Positions 45,534 through 54,962 of a DNA stretch of 64,000 nucleotides are shown in pieces. The notes beneath the pieces were generated by a model, which searched no databases, had not been told where the DNA came from, and saw only the letters and a program-made list of their open reading frames with translations. This stretch comes from Candidatus Hydrothermarchaeota archaeon (GTDB lineage: Archaea; CAYFZR01), in contig JBHIEG010000006.1 in the NCBI GenBank assembly GCA_046760505.1, positions 9,212 to 73,211 of the forward strand. Reading direction: 5' to 3'. Numbering within the stretch: the stretch's first letter is position 1; every line of letters begins with the position of its first letter. The translations under genes were made by a program, and so were the position numbers.

Positions 45534-46250
45534 ATGGCTGATAAATTACTTGAGGTAAATAAAATTAACGTCTTTTATAATGGGTTGCAGGTGTTATGGG
45601 ATATTTCATTAAATGTGGAGGAAGAAGAAATTGTTTCTCTCGTTGGTCCAAATGGAGCGGGCAAGACAACTGTTCTTAAAACGATTCAGGGTCTTATTCA
45701 TCCATCAAATGGAGAGATCAAATTTCTCGGAAAGAGAATTGAGCACTTATCATGCCATGAGAGGGTTGATATGGGAATAACATATGTCCCCGAGAAGGGG
45801 GGAATATTCTTAGACATGACGGTCAGAGAAAATCTTGAACTGGGCGCGTATTCGCCTGCTTCTAGAGAAAAAAGGGATGAAACTCTCGAATACGTCTACG
45901 AACTCTTTCCCATGCTCAAAGAGAAAGAGAGCAAAATTGCAGGATCTTTAAGTGGAGGCATGCAGAGGATGCTTGCCATTGGAAAAGGTCTAATGTCAAG
46001 GGCCAAGATTTTACTTTTAGATGATCCCTTCTTGGGACTTGCCCCAAAATTGATCCTAAAACTTTATGGAACCATAATGGATATCAACGAAGCCGGAGTT
46101 GCAATCTTGCTGGTTGGACAACACGTCTCTCTCATCTTAAATTTATCAGATAGGGCATATTTGATGGAAGCAGGAAGAATCACGTTAGAAGGCAGGGGAG
46201 AGGAACTCTTGAATGATGAACACTTAAGGAGAACTATGTTTGGCGTTTGA
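45534..46250 (+). CDS. ABC transporter ATP-binding protein (LivF-like), orphan
   Basis: GPNGAGKTT, LSGGMQRMLAIG and LLLDDP motifs. No permease gene nearby. Confidence 0.85.
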   Translation: MADKLLEVNKINVFYNGLQVLWDISLNVEEEEIVSLVGPNGAGKTTVLKTIQGLIHPSNGEIKFLGKRIEHLSCHERVDMGITYVPEKGGIFLDMTVRENLELGAYSPASREKRDETLEYVYELFPMLKEKESKIAGSLSGGMQRMLAIGKGLMSRAKILLLDDPFLGLAPKLILKLYGTIMDINEAGVAILLVGQHVSLILNLSDRAYLMEAGRITLEGRGEELLNDEHLRRTMFGV

Positions 46251-46283
46251 TACTTTATTAAAAATTAAAAGGAGGTATTTTTT

Positions 46284-46745
46284 GTGACTAAAAAACCAAG
46301 TGCGACTGAAATATTTAAGAACGCTTGCCTTGCATGGGCTTACGGAATGCAATTTACGCTATCAAATTATCCTGAGACTAAAAGGATTTTACTCTCTAAA
46401 AGCGGTGATATCTGGTTAAAATTTCAGAGTGAGACATCCAACATAGAAATTCAAAAGGGCTCGCCAATAGAAGTAGCAAAAAAATACGTAGAAGACTGTA
46501 CAAGAGCAGGATACAACAAACCGGAGGACTTCAAGATATACGGAAACGATGAAAAGATAGAGGTAGAGATTTACGATTGCTTCTATAGCCCCATATGTAA
46601 TTTGTTGAAAGAAAAGGATGTACCGGTAACTTGTCCCCGTACCAATATACTAGAGGGAGTTATTCATAGAGGGAGCGAGAAAAAGTACATTTCCATAATA
46701 AAGGTGGGTAAAAAGTGCTGTAAGGGAACTCTATTTAGATGGTAG
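46284..46745 (+). CDS. Hypothetical Cys-containing protein
   Basis: GTG start 7 nt after AAGGAGGT. No recognised motif. Confidence 0.5.
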   Translation: MTKKPSATEIFKNACLAWAYGMQFTLSNYPETKRILLSKSGDIWLKFQSETSNIEIQKGSPIEVAKKYVEDCTRAGYNKPEDFKIYGNDEKIEVEIYDCFYSPICNLLKEKDVPVTCPRTNILEGVIHRGSEKKYISIIKVGKKCCKGTLFRW

Positions 46746-46747
46746 AT

Positions 46748-47842
46748 TTAGGTTATCAGTTGTTTGAATACATTTATGAGGCTTCTGAGCCATCTTATCA
46801 CGGCTGAACTAGGTTCCTTTTCGGGGGTTTCAGGTTTTTTAGTTTCTTTCACTTTAGGTATAGTTTTTTTCTCTAAAGGCTTCTCTTTAGTTTCAACTTC
46901 TTTAAATGAACCTACGGTAAAATTCAAGTAACTCGTTTTCAGCGTGTGCTTAAGGCCTTTTTCATCCCAGTAAGTTATTGTGGCTGGTTTTAATGAATAT
47001 GTTCCGTTTTTAGATGCTTTAATATAATAAAAGAAGTATTTTTTCTGCTTAGATTTCAAAAAACCAGACCATGCTATTTTACCCCTTACAACCTCTAAGT
47101 TATCAGGCGGATAGTTGTCTTGAGCGTATACAAAGGCGCTTCCATTACCTACATTATTTATTTCAAAATGAACATAGATCAATTTATCTTTTCTCGGGTT
47201 TTTCGGGAATATAGTTCTGTTAAACTCCAATTTCACATTCGTTGGTTTTCTAAATACGACCATTAGATCTTTCTTGGTTGGAAACAACTCTCCTCTATCT
47301 AGCTTGGTTTCGTAGATTAAATCCGTATAACTTTCGTTCCAGATTACTTTGTTCGGCTCAGGATACAAATCATAGATACCTGCCCAATCTGGTAATCTTA
47401 CAGTTATTTTTAAATTATCGATCGAGTACCCAAAAGCCTTAAATCTTGTATAAAATAAAACATTTTCTTCCCCTAAAGAGACCAGATCCGGAGTTCGGTA
47501 CATTATATGGATTTTGCGAGTATCTCCAAAGGTAAGGGGGTATCTCGGATATTTATTGTAAAGTAATTTTAGAACCGTAAAATTGCCCATGTGATAGATT
47601 ACAGGATCCATTTTACCTTTATTATCTGAACAGTTGTAGATAAATGCAGAGGGACTTGGTAGTGTTAGATAGATAAAATCTAAAGACGCATTAAGTTCCT
47701 TTATTTTAACCGTGGTATTGATCTCTACCTTAGTTATACATGTCTTTCCGTTCGGCTCGAGCAGAATATTGTAGTCATAAAATACCTTTCCACAAGTAAT
47801 TCCAACCATTAGAAGAACCAATAGGAATGGTAAGTACTTCAT
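46748..47842 (-). CDS. Secreted sequon-rich protein at the distal end of the pilin gene run
   Basis: Signal/lipobox-like MKYLPFLLVLLMVGITCG and many N-x-S/T sequons. Its N-domain resembles that of the 36612-37733 protein by eye. Confidence 0.5.
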   Translation of the reverse strand: MKYLPFLLVLLMVGITCGKVFYDYNILLEPNGKTCITKVEINTTVKIKELNASLDFIYLTLPSPSAFIYNCSDNKGKMDPVIYHMGNFTVLKLLYNKYPRYPLTFGDTRKIHIMYRTPDLVSLGEENVLFYTRFKAFGYSIDNLKITVRLPDWAGIYDLYPEPNKVIWNESYTDLIYETKLDRGELFPTKKDLMVVFRKPTNVKLEFNRTIFPKNPRKDKLIYVHFEINNVGNGSAFVYAQDNYPPDNLEVVRGKIAWSGFLKSKQKKYFFYYIKASKNGTYSLKPATITYWDEKGLKHTLKTSYLNFTVGSFKEVETKEKPLEKKTIPKVKETKKPETPEKEPSSAVIRWLRSLINVFKQLIT

Positions 47843-47847
47843 CTTAC

Positions 47848-48279
47848 CTACCTTACCGTATAACTAGCGGTAGAACCTTCTTTGCATGATACAACTATGA
47901 GATCTCCCTCTGATAGCGTAGTTGTTTTATTTGTGCCTATTTCTCCAGGTGTTAGTATGCCTCTTGTTTGGGCGTTTATAAGAGCCCCTCCAACGCCGTT
48001 TATGTATACCTTTACATCGGTTGCATTCTTCGTTCCGGAATTTTTTACCATTATTATGTTGTTCTTCGAGTTGTAATCGAGTATCATTAAAGTTATATCA
48101 GTAATCTTTGACTGGGTTTCAGTATTATCCTGAATACCTGATTGGATATTAGTAGTATAAGAGGTGAGCCAAACATGAAAAACTCCTGCTATCGCTACAG
48201 TGATACCTATAACCAGTATAGCCGCTACTATAGGGCTTACTCCCCTTTCTTCTCTTATTATTTTAACTTTACATTTCAT
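47848..48279 (-). CDS. Archaeal type IV pilin (class III signal peptide, DUF1628-like)
   Basis: MKCKVKIIREERGVSPIVAAILVIGITVAIAGVFHVWL. Confidence 0.75.
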   Translation of the reverse strand: MKCKVKIIREERGVSPIVAAILVIGITVAIAGVFHVWLTSYTTNIQSGIQDNTETQSKITDITLMILDYNSKNNIIMVKNSGTKNATDVKVYINGVGGALINAQTRGILTPGEIGTNKTTTLSEGDLIVVSCKEGSTASYTVR

Positions 48280-48288
48280 TTTACCACC

Positions 48289-49188
48289 CTAAAAGATATA
48301 GGAGAAGGAAATAGGTCTTACCGTAACTTCATTGTTTTCAAGATTTGATGGATCGTTTAAATCTATGTTTAGCGTAAATCCTCCGTAAGGTCCTATGGAA
48401 GGAGAGTCAGAGTATTCTATACCGTAAAGGGTAGGTCTCCACGTTACCGAATTTGTATTTGGATCTACATTGAATGTTATCTGCGTTATTGTTATACCTG
48501 CTACGGCATCCGTTACGGTAATGGTAAAGGATCCGGAGTTGCTCGGAGTTGCTAGAGTATACTCGAAAACCCATTCTGTATAGGCGGTAACGGTTTCTCC
48601 ATCGTTTAAAGTAGTAGATTTAGTCATTGCAAAATCAAAATCATGATCATCTGGATTAGGAGTCTTTATTGTCCATTGAGTATCCACATCTGTCTTTCCG
48701 GTCCTCCTTACGTCAGATAGGAATTTCTTCGTAACAACGGTTTCCTTGGAACTCACTATTATGGAATCGCCTTTGACTGGATAAAATACGGTGGTAACAT
48801 TCCCCAATTCTATAAAACCTGATTCTCCTTCTGCTAAGGTTGTTATTGTATTTCTATTTACGTCTTTTATGGGCAATTCTTTCGTTCCATCGCTCGTCAC
48901 AAGAACTGATGTAAGGTTAGTCAACGTAATGGTGCCCTGATTGTATACGGTTACGATAGGGTAGGCGCCATCTTGAACAAGATCAGGCAACTTTAAGTCT
49001 ATATCTGCTAGAGTAGTAATTTCCTGTCTCTCGATATCTTGCTGAATGCTTGCTTGCGTAGAGGTCTGTACCATTGATATCCATACAAATGCAATTCCTA
49101 TGAGTGCTACAGTTATCATTAGCAATAAGAGAGTCGCTACTATGGGACTTACTCCCTTTTCGTCTTTTAACAGGTTTATTTTTTTCAT
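48289..49188 (-). CDS. Large type IV pilin-like protein
   Basis: MKKINLLKDEKGVSPIVATLLLLMITVALIGIAFVWI. Start moved to ATG 49188, which removes the overlap with the upstream gene. Confidence 0.7.
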   Translation of the reverse strand: MKKINLLKDEKGVSPIVATLLLLMITVALIGIAFVWISMVQTSTQASIQQDIERQEITTLADIDLKLPDLVQDGAYPIVTVYNQGTITLTNLTSVLVTSDGTKELPIKDVNRNTITTLAEGESGFIELGNVTTVFYPVKGDSIIVSSKETVVTKKFLSDVRRTGKTDVDTQWTIKTPNPDDHDFDFAMTKSTTLNDGETVTAYTEWVFEYTLATPSNSGSFTITVTDAVAGITITQITFNVDPNTNSVTWRPTLYGIEYSDSPSIGPYGGFTLNIDLNDPSNLENNEVTVRPISFSYIF

Positions 49189-49199
49189 GTGATCACTTG

Positions 49200-50063
49200 T
49201 TATGGTGGATAATACTTCAGGCAGATTCTGACGAGATCCCAACTGATATCATCAAGATTTCCTTCTTGGTTGACACCGATAGTAAGGTTATTATTCACCT
49301 GAGGAGTTGGCCATGTGTTTAAACTCGTGCTGTTGAACCAGTATGTCACATTACTTATGGTGTTTCCGGCAAAACTCTTATTTTCATTTATAACCTCGTC
49401 AGAGTCCATGGCATAAATGGAGTCTCGTCTGCCGTTTTTTTGCCAAGAAACTATGTGGAGTTCTACGTCAACCTCGGTAATGTTTGCACCGTTTGGAATG
49501 TTAAGGAAGTATACGTATGTTTTGGACAGGTTGCCACCGGTGGTATTGAATATTCCGGATTCAAGATCTCCGCTACACCAGATCGATAGTGCCGCGGATG
49601 GAGGAGAAGGCACGACCACTGCTCTTACTTGAGGAGAGACATCCATGCGCCAGTCATCTTCCATACTGAACACGTAGATCATATCTCCTAGCGAAATGTT
49701 CCTGCTAAATTTTACATTTATTTCGTTTCCTACATATAATGCATCAAAATGAGCATCTTCATGGGAGAACCATTTAAAACTTGTCCAGTAGCAGTGTATA
49801 ACAGATACATCATGTAGGGTAACGGATCCGGTATTCTTTATACTTATGCTCTTGTTTCCGGGATAGACAGATGTGAATTCTATATCAGCGCTCCTTTCCA
49901 TCTCCATTTTTTCGTTGTATCTTTTGCTCACCTCGCTTAATCTATAAGAGACATTTGAAATTTGTGTTACAGAAAATAAAACGGCAATCATAAGTAAGCC
50001 AAATATTATTACGAATATGATCGGCTGATAAACCCCCTTCTCTTCGTAAAGCATTTTTTCCAC
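49200..50063 (-). CDS. Divergent pilin-like protein
   Basis: MEKMLYEEKGVYQPIIFVIIFGLLMIAVLF is a degenerate class III signal (KG-V but no SP). Confidence 0.5.
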   Translation of the reverse strand: MEKMLYEEKGVYQPIIFVIIFGLLMIAVLFSVTQISNVSYRLSEVSKRYNEKMEMERSADIEFTSVYPGNKSISIKNTGSVTLHDVSVIHCYWTSFKWFSHEDAHFDALYVGNEINVKFSRNISLGDMIYVFSMEDDWRMDVSPQVRAVVVPSPPSAALSIWCSGDLESGIFNTTGGNLSKTYVYFLNIPNGANITEVDVELHIVSWQKNGRRDSIYAMDSDEVINENKSFAGNTISNVTYWFNSTSLNTWPTPQVNNNLTIGVNQEGNLDDISWDLVRICLKYYPP

Positions 50064-50217
50064 TGTAGGTTATCTCAGGAATGTTTTATATGTTTTTGTG
50101 GGCAGGATGATGCTGGCAGAATGAAAATACCTTTTCTCTTCGAATTCAATTATTAAGTGATGGAAGATTATTTCAAGCGCTCTGCATTAGTTTTAAATAA
50201 TAAAAAGGAGAAAATGG

Positions 50218-50631
50218 TTACTTTACTTCTGCAGAAGCCATTGCACCTTCTTTACATGTTACGTCTACGACATCACCTGATTGTAACGTGTATCCAGCAG
50301 TCGGCATCTTGCCTATTCTGCTAGCATTCAAAGTGTCGAATTTGTAAGTAAAATTCCCATTTACATAAAGCCTCACATCGCTTGCGTTGGCGCTTCCTGT
50401 ATTCATTACTTTAACGTAGTTTTTATTTTTCTTTGCCTCTAAGATGAGTAAGTTCACATCGAATTGCGCAGTGGCTCCGCTCACCTTAGCAGTTGTTCCC
50501 GTGGTAAAACTTGTCACCCAGACATAGGCTATTCCCGCTGCTACTACTGCTATAGCTATCAATAGGATTACTGCTATTACTGGCGAGACACCTTTCTCCT
50601 CCTTCCTTATCCCTTGGAACGTTTTTTTCAC
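50218..50631 (-). CDS. Archaeal type IV pilin, first gene of the pilin run (candidate major pilin)
   Basis: KKTFQGIRKEEKGVSPVIAVILLIAIAVVAAGIAYVWV. The start is ambiguous (GTG 50631 lies inside the SD, ACG 50622 lies at SD spacing). Confidence 0.75.
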   Translation of the reverse strand: MKKTFQGIRKEEKGVSPVIAVILLIAIAVVAAGIAYVWVTSFTTGTTAKVSGATAQFDVNLLILEAKKNKNYVKVMNTGSANASDVRLYVNGNFTYKFDTLNASRIGKMPTAGYTLQSGDVVDVTCKEGAMASAEVK

Positions 50632-50689
50632 CCCCAGTAAATATTCTATTTTAATCTGTTATAGTAGTACTCATATTTTATAAGCGTTT

Positions 50690-50744
50690 TGTCAACAAAA
50701 ACGATTTATTGTCAGACAAATTTGTGTCAGACGATTATCTGTCC
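50690..50744. repeat. Four TGTC-core direct repeats (TGTCAAC, TGTCAGAC x2, TGTCC) at 20/15/15-nt spacing upstream of the first pilin gene
   Basis: Copies at 50690, 50710, 50725 and 50740. Two flanking ACGATT(T)AT copies. Confidence 0.5.
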
Positions 50745-50774
50745 TTTAAATCCATTAATATTTATGATAATTAA

Positions 50775-51215
50775 TTATATCTCAAGCAATCCATGCAACT
50801 CGCAAAACTCCTTTGAGCCAAAAACATCGATCAGATTTTTGACCTTCAGGAATTCGGAATCGTTGGATATAACACATTCCGAACCAGATTCTATTGCTGT
50901 TGCGGTTATTATTGCATATGGAAGTCTTATCTTCTGCTTTGCTCTAATCTCACCTGCTCTGTCAGCAATTCTTACATTTGGCGGAAAGACTTCAAATTGA
51001 GGTGATGTAATTATGTATGAGAAAAAAGCATTCTTCTCCTGAATCAAACCTTGCTGATTATAACCAGCCGAGAGCTCTGTTAGTACGATCGTGGACAATA
51101 TCGCGGTGAGAGATCCACCATCTATTGCATCCAATATCTTAGAAGAATAAGCCATGAACTCTGGCTCTTTGTTGATAACATTCAAAAATATATTTGTATC
51201 TACTGTAACCTTCAT
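50775..51215 (-). CDS. vapC: PIN-domain toxin VapC
   Basis: MKVTVDTNIF (first acidic residue), later D/E positions. ATGA overlap with the vapB stop. Confidence 0.8.
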   Translation of the reverse strand: MKVTVDTNIFLNVINKEPEFMAYSSKILDAIDGGSLTAILSTIVLTELSAGYNQQGLIQEKNAFFSYIITSPQFEVFPPNVRIADRAGEIRAKQKIRLPYAIITATAIESGSECVISNDSEFLKVKNLIDVFGSKEFCELHGLLEI

Positions 51216-51445
51216 ATCCACTCTTCTCTAACCTTCTTTTGGAAATCTAGGCTACTCACACTCCATTTTTTTTGACTCATTAAAATACTCGATAGTTTTT
51301 CGGTGGTTTCTTTTCTTAACACTATTTTATCACCGTGTTTTTCAAATACTACTTTGTCTCCGGCCTTAAGTCCTAAGAGATCTCTCAGATCTTTTGGTAG
51401 TGTTATCTGTCCCTTTTTTGATAATTTAGAAATTGCAACAATCAT
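51212..51445 (-). CDS. vapB: AbrB/SpoVT-fold antitoxin VapB
   Basis: SKKGQITLPKDLRDLLGLKAGDKVVFE swapped-hairpin motif. Confidence 0.8.
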   Translation of the reverse strand: MIVAISKLSKKGQITLPKDLRDLLGLKAGDKVVFEKHGDKIVLRKETTEKLSSILMSQKKWSVSSLDFQKKVREEWI

Positions 51446-51500
51446 CTAGGACACCTTACAAAATGGTAAGAATTTCCTTACTTATTAATCTTACTATTCT

Positions 51501-52313
51501 TTATACTAGAAACTGAAATACGAGATATCCTATCAAGGTTAAAATCACGGAATGTTTTAATCCCGCGAGAATAGACCCTTCACCAACTTCTCCACATACC
51601 AAGCCCCCGAATACGGCTTGAATGAGGGCAAGATGATAGAATAGCGTTCTATATCCTTCAGGTGATATGGGCATCCTTAAGAATGCAAACGAGCCCATGC
51701 CCCCCATCGCTGGAACCATCGTTTTCTGAATAGCAACAACAATTGCGATGAATACAAAGAAGGTTAGATAAATAATGACTATGTATGGTCGCATAGCCCC
51801 TTTTCTCTCCTCCTCTATTTCCATTATCATCTGAGCATCCCTTGCCGCGGAGTCCAGTATATCAGATATGTCTCCTCCAGCTCTGTTGGCCTCTATTATT
51901 AGAGAGCATACGCGACTCACAATTCTGCTATTGCTCCTCTCAGAGAACTTCTCTAGCACCTCTTCAAATGGAACTCCCCAAGAAATTTGTGTGGCCATTT
52001 TCTTTACCTCGTCAGTTAAAGCGCCATAATCAGATTTTGCAAGTGTGTAGAAAGCCATTGAAAGGGGTACACCGGCACGGCTGGCTTCAACCATATCTCT
52101 TAAAAAATCAGGAAATCTTTTTTCTATTTTTCTGGTCCTTATATCCTCAAGTAGTTTTGCTAACATTAGTGGAAATCCAGAGAAAACTAGTGCGAGCACA
52201 AATACGGTATCAAATGTCTTTGTATCCCCATATAACCTATAACCTCCACTGACCAGTGCAACAAATATTAACATTCCTATCGCAACGAATGCGGCTATCT
52301 TTCTCCTTTTCAT
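51501..52313 (-). CDS. Type II secretion system F-domain platform protein (TadC/EpdK-like half)
   Basis: 270 aa. One T2SSF-like cytoplasmic helical domain flanked by TM helices. AAGGTG plus 5 nt before the ATG. Confidence 0.75.
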   Translation of the reverse strand: MKRRKIAAFVAIGMLIFVALVSGGYRLYGDTKTFDTVFVLALVFSGFPLMLAKLLEDIRTRKIEKRFPDFLRDMVEASRAGVPLSMAFYTLAKSDYGALTDEVKKMATQISWGVPFEEVLEKFSERSNSRIVSRVCSLIIEANRAGGDISDILDSAARDAQMIMEIEEERKGAMRPYIVIIYLTFFVFIAIVVAIQKTMVPAMGGMGSFAFLRMPISPEGYRTLFYHLALIQAVFGGLVCGEVGEGSILAGLKHSVILTLIGYLVFQFLV

Positions 52314-52315
52314 GG

Positions 52316-53164
52316 TTACACCTTGGGCTTAAGAGAATCTACTATTATCAGAAACATTATGCATGCAATCGGAATGAAGAGATAGATCATCATCTGGAAA
52401 AATATATTCACCGGAATTTTTAAGGTCCAGCCACCCATCATAGTCATAACTGCTACCATAACTATGAGAAAAACCGGAGCAACAACAAATAAGGTTATGT
52501 ATATCTCGGTCATCAATCCAAGAGATTCCGTGAACTCTCTCTGTATTTTTCTATGCTCCCATGTGAGCTCTCTTGCAACTTCTCTTAAAAAAATCTTTAA
52601 ATCACCACTAGATTTTATCGTGTTATTTATTCCCATCAGTATCTCCTTTAGTCGAGAAGATGGACTTCTCTTGCAGGCATTCTCTAGTGCTGTAGATAGA
52701 TCCTCTCCAAATATCTCGATATCTCTTGTAATGGTCTTGGCTTCTTCTGATACCTCTCCATACAACTCAGATAGACCTAAAGCCTTTAATATAACGGCTG
52801 GTGGCATTCCTGCACCAGCCATTATTGATATGTAGTTCACTGCATATGGTAAATTCATGTCAATGTCTAATCTTCTTTCATACGCCTTGAAAAATGGGTA
52901 TATATAAACTAGACCAGATATAAACAAAGAGATAAGAAAAGAAGCGACTAAAGTAAATCCGAGAGGAAAGTAACCAAGTTTTATAATGGTAAGGCGATAA
53001 AAAAATGCAAAAGAAATTAAGAAAGGTATGAAGAATGATAGAAAGAGGATTCCAAGATAACTGCCCAGCGTGGTTTTAATGTTTGATTCATGCAGAGATT
53101 CATGAAGTCCCTCAAAGAGATCATAAAAATGAGATTCAAAAAAGGAGCCAATTCTCCTGTACAT
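52316..53164 (-). CDS. Type II secretion system F-domain platform protein (TadB/EpdJ-like half)
   Basis: Same architecture as its neighbour. ATG 53164 overlaps the ATPase stop (TAATG). Confidence 0.75.
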   Translation of the reverse strand: MYRRIGSFFESHFYDLFEGLHESLHESNIKTTLGSYLGILFLSFFIPFLISFAFFYRLTIIKLGYFPLGFTLVASFLISLFISGLVYIYPFFKAYERRLDIDMNLPYAVNYISIMAGAGMPPAVILKALGLSELYGEVSEEAKTITRDIEIFGEDLSTALENACKRSPSSRLKEILMGINNTIKSSGDLKIFLREVARELTWEHRKIQREFTESLGLMTEIYITLFVVAPVFLIVMVAVMTMMGGWTLKIPVNIFFQMMIYLFIPIACIMFLIIVDSLKPKV

Positions 53165-54804
53165 TACATATACCGCCAAACGTCTTCTAAAACTGTTTCA
53201 GGAGACTTATAATATGTTGCAACTACTCTGGCGACATCGGTAAATTTTCTTATTCCTCTATTCTTCATCCATTCTAGAATATTCTTCCTGTTTTCTAATT
53301 CTCTCCTCATCTCCTCCTCGCTTATGTTCATATCAGCCATGATTCTTTCCATCAGATACGATCTGCTCGAGACAAAGTGGTGTTTATCTGAGTGGGGATC
53401 CCATTTGAAGGTATCATTTGTAATGAGTTCTTGAGTGTTTGGATCCAACCCCACTATTTCGGTGGTTCCCTTTATTCTTCGCACATATTTTCCTTTTACT
53501 CTGCTTCTAACCTGCATTACTATTATATCTAGGTTTTGCAATAGTACTCTTGGAATATTTATGGGTGGAGACTCCAATCTGTGGATAACTCCTTGGGGAG
53601 AATCTGCATGGATTGTGCTAAGCGCCAGATGCCCTGTTGCCATTGCCTGGAAGAGTGTATTCGCCTCAACGCCTCTTACTTCTCCGACAATTATGTAATC
53701 AGGTCTTTGTCTTAAGGCAGTTTTCAGCAAATCGAACATATCTATTTCGCCGTATCTCCTTCCGTTGGTTAAGGCTGGTCCAAAGCCACTTCTCGTTACC
53801 TGGGGGATCCAGTTTGAGTGAGGTAAACTCAGCTCCGGAGTATCCTCTATGGTAACGATCTTTAACTCTGGTGGAATAAATAGAGATAAAGCGTTTAGGG
53901 TAGTAGTCTTCCCAGCAGCAATTCCTCCCGCTACTAGCACGGAGGCATCGTGCTCTATAGCAAGCCATAAATAGGCGAGAAGCTCCGGAGAAGCGGTTCC
54001 GAGTTCTATTAGATCTGGGGGAGTCATTGGATCTCCCCTGAATTTCCTTATCGTAAATGTAGATCCCTTTCTAGAGATTTCCTTGCCATATGTTAACTGA
54101 ACCCTGCTCCCGTCAGGAAGAGTTCCCTCAAGCAAAGGCTCAGCAACTGAGATATGCTTGCCACTTCTTTGTGCAATCTTGATGATGAAGGAATCCAACT
54201 CATCTGAGTCTGAAAACTGCAGGTTGGTTCTCATTGAGCCGAACATTCGATGATAAATGTAGATTGGAATGTTAGCGCCATCACAACTTATATCCTCAAT
54301 ATTAACGTCGTTCATCAAAGGCTCTATGATTTCTAAGCCAGCGAAGTCTCTAATGATGTAATACTTTATTTTTTCTCTGGAATTTTCGCTCAATCTGATT
54401 CTGTGTTTCTTTACAACTTCATCTACCTTCTCGCATAGGTATTTGTCTAATTCTTCGACAGAAAAGAAATCCAGTTCCAGTTCGTCTATCAATGTCTCTT
54501 TAATCTTCTTCAGAGCTTTTTCTTCATCTTCATTTAACTCGGGTTGTTTGACCTCGTATATCAATTCGTGAGACTCTCTGTCGTAATGTATGTTTGCGAA
54601 GGCGTATGGTTCTATCAAGGGATAAGTGGTATCTATTTTTGTCATATAATTCTCATTTTTTGTTATTGCAGGTAAAACAGGCGCCTTCCTTTCCTTTTGT
54701 TCTTTTATTTGATTGAGAAGATTATTTAGTTTACTCTTGCTTAATTCAGTTTCTTTCTTTTTTATTTTTTCTAAAATTTCCTGGGCTCTCTCTTCGATAT
54801 CCAT
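53164..54804 (-). CDS. Type IV pilus / Tad-type secretion ATPase (FlaI/CpaF/EpdL family)
   Basis: Walker A AGGIAAGKTTTLNAL, Asp box, Walker B IIVGEVRG, His box ATGHLALSTIHA. Confidence 0.9.
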   Translation of the reverse strand: MDIEERAQEILEKIKKKETELSKSKLNNLLNQIKEQKERKAPVLPAITKNENYMTKIDTTYPLIEPYAFANIHYDRESHELIYEVKQPELNEDEEKALKKIKETLIDELELDFFSVEELDKYLCEKVDEVVKKHRIRLSENSREKIKYYIIRDFAGLEIIEPLMNDVNIEDISCDGANIPIYIYHRMFGSMRTNLQFSDSDELDSFIIKIAQRSGKHISVAEPLLEGTLPDGSRVQLTYGKEISRKGSTFTIRKFRGDPMTPPDLIELGTASPELLAYLWLAIEHDASVLVAGGIAAGKTTTLNALSLFIPPELKIVTIEDTPELSLPHSNWIPQVTRSGFGPALTNGRRYGEIDMFDLLKTALRQRPDYIIVGEVRGVEANTLFQAMATGHLALSTIHADSPQGVIHRLESPPINIPRVLLQNLDIIVMQVRSRVKGKYVRRIKGTTEIVGLDPNTQELITNDTFKWDPHSDKHHFVSSRSYLMERIMADMNISEEEMRRELENRKNILEWMKNRGIRKFTDVARVVATYYKSPETVLEDVWRYM

Positions 54805-54962
54805 ATGGGATACTCCGTAGCCTAATGCTTCTCTTTGCTTAGAGTGTTGTCGATGATTGATTATATTTCTTTCGATTACAAATTAGTTTTCTAACCAGCA
54901 TATTTGGACAAGGGAAAAATATTTTATCAGAAAGGGAACAATTTCTTTCTTGAGGTAACCTG

